Below are positions 61,693 to 64,000 of a DNA stretch of 64,000 nucleotides, piece by piece. The number at the start of each line of letters is the position of its first letter. The stretch's first letter is position 1. A model generated the notes under the pieces. The model saw only the letters and a program-made list of their open reading frames with translations. It searched no databases and had not been told where the DNA came from. The DNA comes from an uncultured Collinsella sp. (GTDB taxonomy: Bacteria; Actinomycetota; Coriobacteriia; Coriobacteriales; Coriobacteriaceae). Location of the stretch: positions 24,754-88,753 of the forward strand of contig CAUBPS010000008.1 in the NCBI GenBank assembly GCA_958437935.1. Reading direction: 5' to 3'. The position numbers and the translations under genes are program-made.

Positions 61693-62804
61693 TATTGAAG
61701 CCCTGTTTTCCAAGCGGCATCTCCTAGATTTCGCTTGTTAATCCGCCATCCTTCGGGAAACACTTCAAACATGACCACAACAACAACGATCGCTACGTAA
61801 ATCAAGACATACACAGCATCAACAGCGGCGAGTATAAAGAACAGCACAGTGAAGCCGATTATCGCTTTGCCAATACCTTCCTGATCTACAAAGTGCCTCT
61901 TGCGTGCCCACTCGGTCATTCCGCGCATTTGCACAACCCATTTTGCTGTTTCGCTATTTACTTTCCCCATCGAATCTAGTTCCGCTATTACTTTTTCTAC
62001 ATATTCAACCTGCTTCAAACTGGCGAAGCAAACTTTGCTCCCTTGCGAACTCATCTTGTCTTCCGCATCATGTCGGAGGCAACGGCACAACGAATTTCTA
62101 ACGATTTCAGAATCCGGATGGGCCTCGTAAAGGTTGCGGCACATTTGCAGGGCCACGTCATACTGACCTCTGTAGTACCTCACATCGGCGAGCAGCGCCA
62201 AAATCAAGTAATCCGACGGGTCAATCTTTTGAGCAACAAGAAGCTGAGATTCAGCTTTCTCATATTCATCGGTCATGTAGTAGGCAAATGCCAGTAGCTT
62301 TCGAGCATACACGTCGTCCGAATCCAACTTAAGCAGCTCGGATGTTGAGAAAATGACATCGTCATATTTATCAAGCAATTGGGAAGCACGCGCGCGCCAC
62401 AACCAAGCCGACCCATCAGACGCGTCAGCTCGAACAGCTTCGCAAGCTGAATGGAACGCATTTGTATATTGGCCCGCCTCATAATACGCTTTTGCGTCTG
62501 CGACCCAGTCTCTTCCCGAGGTTCTCGACATTGGGCTCTCGCCATGGGGCTCTCGCCCGACTTCCCTCTTGTTTGCGTCATACGACGCATCGTACTTACC
62601 ACGACGCACCTCATCGTGGAACAGTTCATCCGCTTCGTTCAAGCGCTGCATCATTTTCTCAGCGTTCGTTCTTTGCTCCGCATCGGGCGAGCCCTCGAGG
62701 CGCCTGAAGCGCTTTCTGGTTTTCTTGATCGCCTCTTCGATATCCTCAATCGAGGCGTCCTTTTGCAGTTCAAGGATTCCGTAGTAGTCGACAAATTCTT
62801 CCAT
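61692..62804 (-). CDS. J-like domain + TPR repeats + C-terminal TM protein
   Basis: DYYGILEL..DAS..DI....K and RLNEA.ELF.DE.RR.KYD; TPR-like helices; two hydrophobic segments. Confidence 0.8.
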   Translation of the reverse strand: MEEFVDYYGILELQKDASIEDIEEAIKKTRKRFRRLEGSPDAEQRTNAEKMMQRLNEADELFHDEVRRGKYDASYDANKREVGREPHGESPMSRTSGRDWVADAKAYYEAGQYTNAFHSACEAVRADASDGSAWLWRARASQLLDKYDDVIFSTSELLKLDSDDVYARKLLAFAYYMTDEYEKAESQLLVAQKIDPSDYLILALLADVRYYRGQYDVALQMCRNLYEAHPDSEIVRNSLCRCLRHDAEDKMSSQGSKVCFASLKQVEYVEKVIAELDSMGKVNSETAKWVVQMRGMTEWARKRHFVDQEGIGKAIIGFTVLFFILAAVDAVYVLIYVAIVVVVVMFEVFPEGWRINKRNLGDAAWKTGLQ

Positions 62805-62812
62805 CTGATTTC

Positions 62813-64000
62813 CTATCCGATCTCGATGTTCTTCATCTTGTTAACGGCAGCATCAAGTTGCCGCTCGTCCATATTCGCCACGCGGTCGATTTCGAACTCA
62901 CCGTACAGTCGTCCGTTCTCCCCGTCATATAGACGGATATGCACTGTCTGTTCTTTGTCGTATTCATAGACGATGCGGATGGGAGAACTCTTGGGCAGGC
63001 CAGCGGGAAGCGGTATCTCTTTAGATCCGATGATTACCACATAGTTCAAATCAGGGTCATCGCCCTGCGTCACCTGGACGTTGACGCATGATTGGTTTTC
63101 ACAGACCGTCGCTGCATCTTGTGAGTAACTTCCCGGCACGGGCGAATTCCTCGGAATCACGACCTCGTTGTATTCCTTGCCATCCTTATCGAGTATCACA
63201 ACCCCCAAAGGCTGCGATGTCACATCGGTGATGACAACGCTCGGGACCTCGAAGATGGGCATGTCGGGCAAACCATCCTTCGGTAAACCCGCCTCATCAA
63301 GACTAGACTCCATCTCTATCGCTGCCTGAACGGCGGCTCCCATGGCAACAGCCTCATCAGGATTTACCCCGAGTTCAGGCTTCATTCCCGATATTTCTTC
63401 AATCAGTTTGTGCACCATCGGCATACGCGTCGAACCGCCCACAAGAACCACATGGTCGATCTGCGACCATGAATAGCCAGTGTCTTCGAGCACATCCTCA
63501 ACCAGTTCTTTTGTTCGAGTTAGAAGCGACTTGCTTACGCGTTCGAAATCTTCGCGCGTAATAGTTACGCGATAGGGCTTTCCGTCTTTCGAAATGTGAA
63601 GGTTGGCTTTTGCCACGTTCGAGAGAGTGCGCTTCACCATTTCGCACTTCTCGCGAAGCTCAGCGCTTATCAGATAATCCTCAAGAACATTACCCGCCCC
63701 CTGCTTCGAAAGCTCTTCCGCTGCAAACGACATGAGGGCGTTATCGAAATCGAATCCGCCCAAGTTTCTATCGCCATCGGTTCCGATAACCGTAAAGCAA
63801 CCGTCCTCTATCTTAAGAAGCGTCACGTCGAACGTTCCGCCGCCCAGATCATAGACAAGCGTGACGCCGTTCTTCTCGGTATCGAGACCAAAGGAAAGGG
63901 CTGCAGCCGTCGGCTCATTCAACACGCGAAGCACTTTGGTGCCCGCAATTACACCCGCCTGCTTTGTCGCGGTTCTTCTTGCATCATCAAAATATGCGGG
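62813..64000 (-). CDS. Specialised Hsp70 family protein (5' end beyond the window)
   Basis: Frame open to the edge: [52 protein letters not shown]. Confidence 0.9.
   Translation of the reverse strand, partial: PAYFDDARRTATKQAGVIAGTKVLRVLNEPTAAALSFGLDTEKNGVTLVYDLGGGTFDVTLLKIEDGCFTVIGTDGDRNLGGFDFDNALMSFAAEELSKQGAGNVLEDYLISAELREKCEMVKRTLSNVAKANLHISKDGKPYRVTITREDFERVSKSLLTRTKELVEDVLEDTGYSWSQIDHVVLVGGSTRMPMVHKLIEEISGMKPELGVNPDEAVAMGAAVQAAIEMESSLDEAGLPKDGLPDMPIFEVPSVVITDVTSQPLGVVILDKDGKEYNEVVIPRNSPVPGSYSQDAATVCENQSCVNVQVTQGDDPDLNYVVIIGSKEIPLPAGLPKSSPIRIVYEYDKEQTVHIRLYDGENGRLYGEFEIDRVANMDERQLDAAVNKMKNIEIG

Noticed and set aside
62113..62121. HPD tripeptide in the J/TPR protein
   Set aside because: It lies in a TPR turn far from the J-like domain and is probably coincidental

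Overview
High-GC actinobacterial chromosome segment; gene content and order suggest Coriobacteriia, probably Collinsella-like (inference). The core genes are dnaX, a Ser/Thr kinase-FHA-FHA-PP2C-(RodA/PBP fusion)-PknB operon, tRNA-Arg(CCT), a mannose-family PTS, clpB, an aconitase-family hydratase, dnaK-grpE-dnaJ-hspR, a ferredoxin, nadA-nadB-nadC-niaR and trxA. Accessory parts include a DUF4160 gene pair, a HypA/flavo-Fe-S oxidoreductase/TetR/DUF5692 module, an AAA-DUF4143 gene, several palindromic repeat families, and a 2200-aa sortase-anchored repeat protein with a divergent LytTR two-component system. Two items stand out. (1) An IS110 element whose left non-coding end carries four guide-like segments matching its own target and donor junctions, as expected for a bridge RNA. 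(2) A visibly lower-GC, tightly coupled minus-strand operon running off the right edge (55812->64000): lidless Hsp70, HPD-less J/TPR membrane protein, GrpE-like protein, EccC/EssC-like FtsK ATPase, coiled-coil/TM protein, WXG100-like protein, amidase and YARHG protein. This operon is the best candidate for an uncharacterised chaperone-coupled, type VII-like secretion or conflict system. All family calls come from motif recognition by eye; no searches were run.
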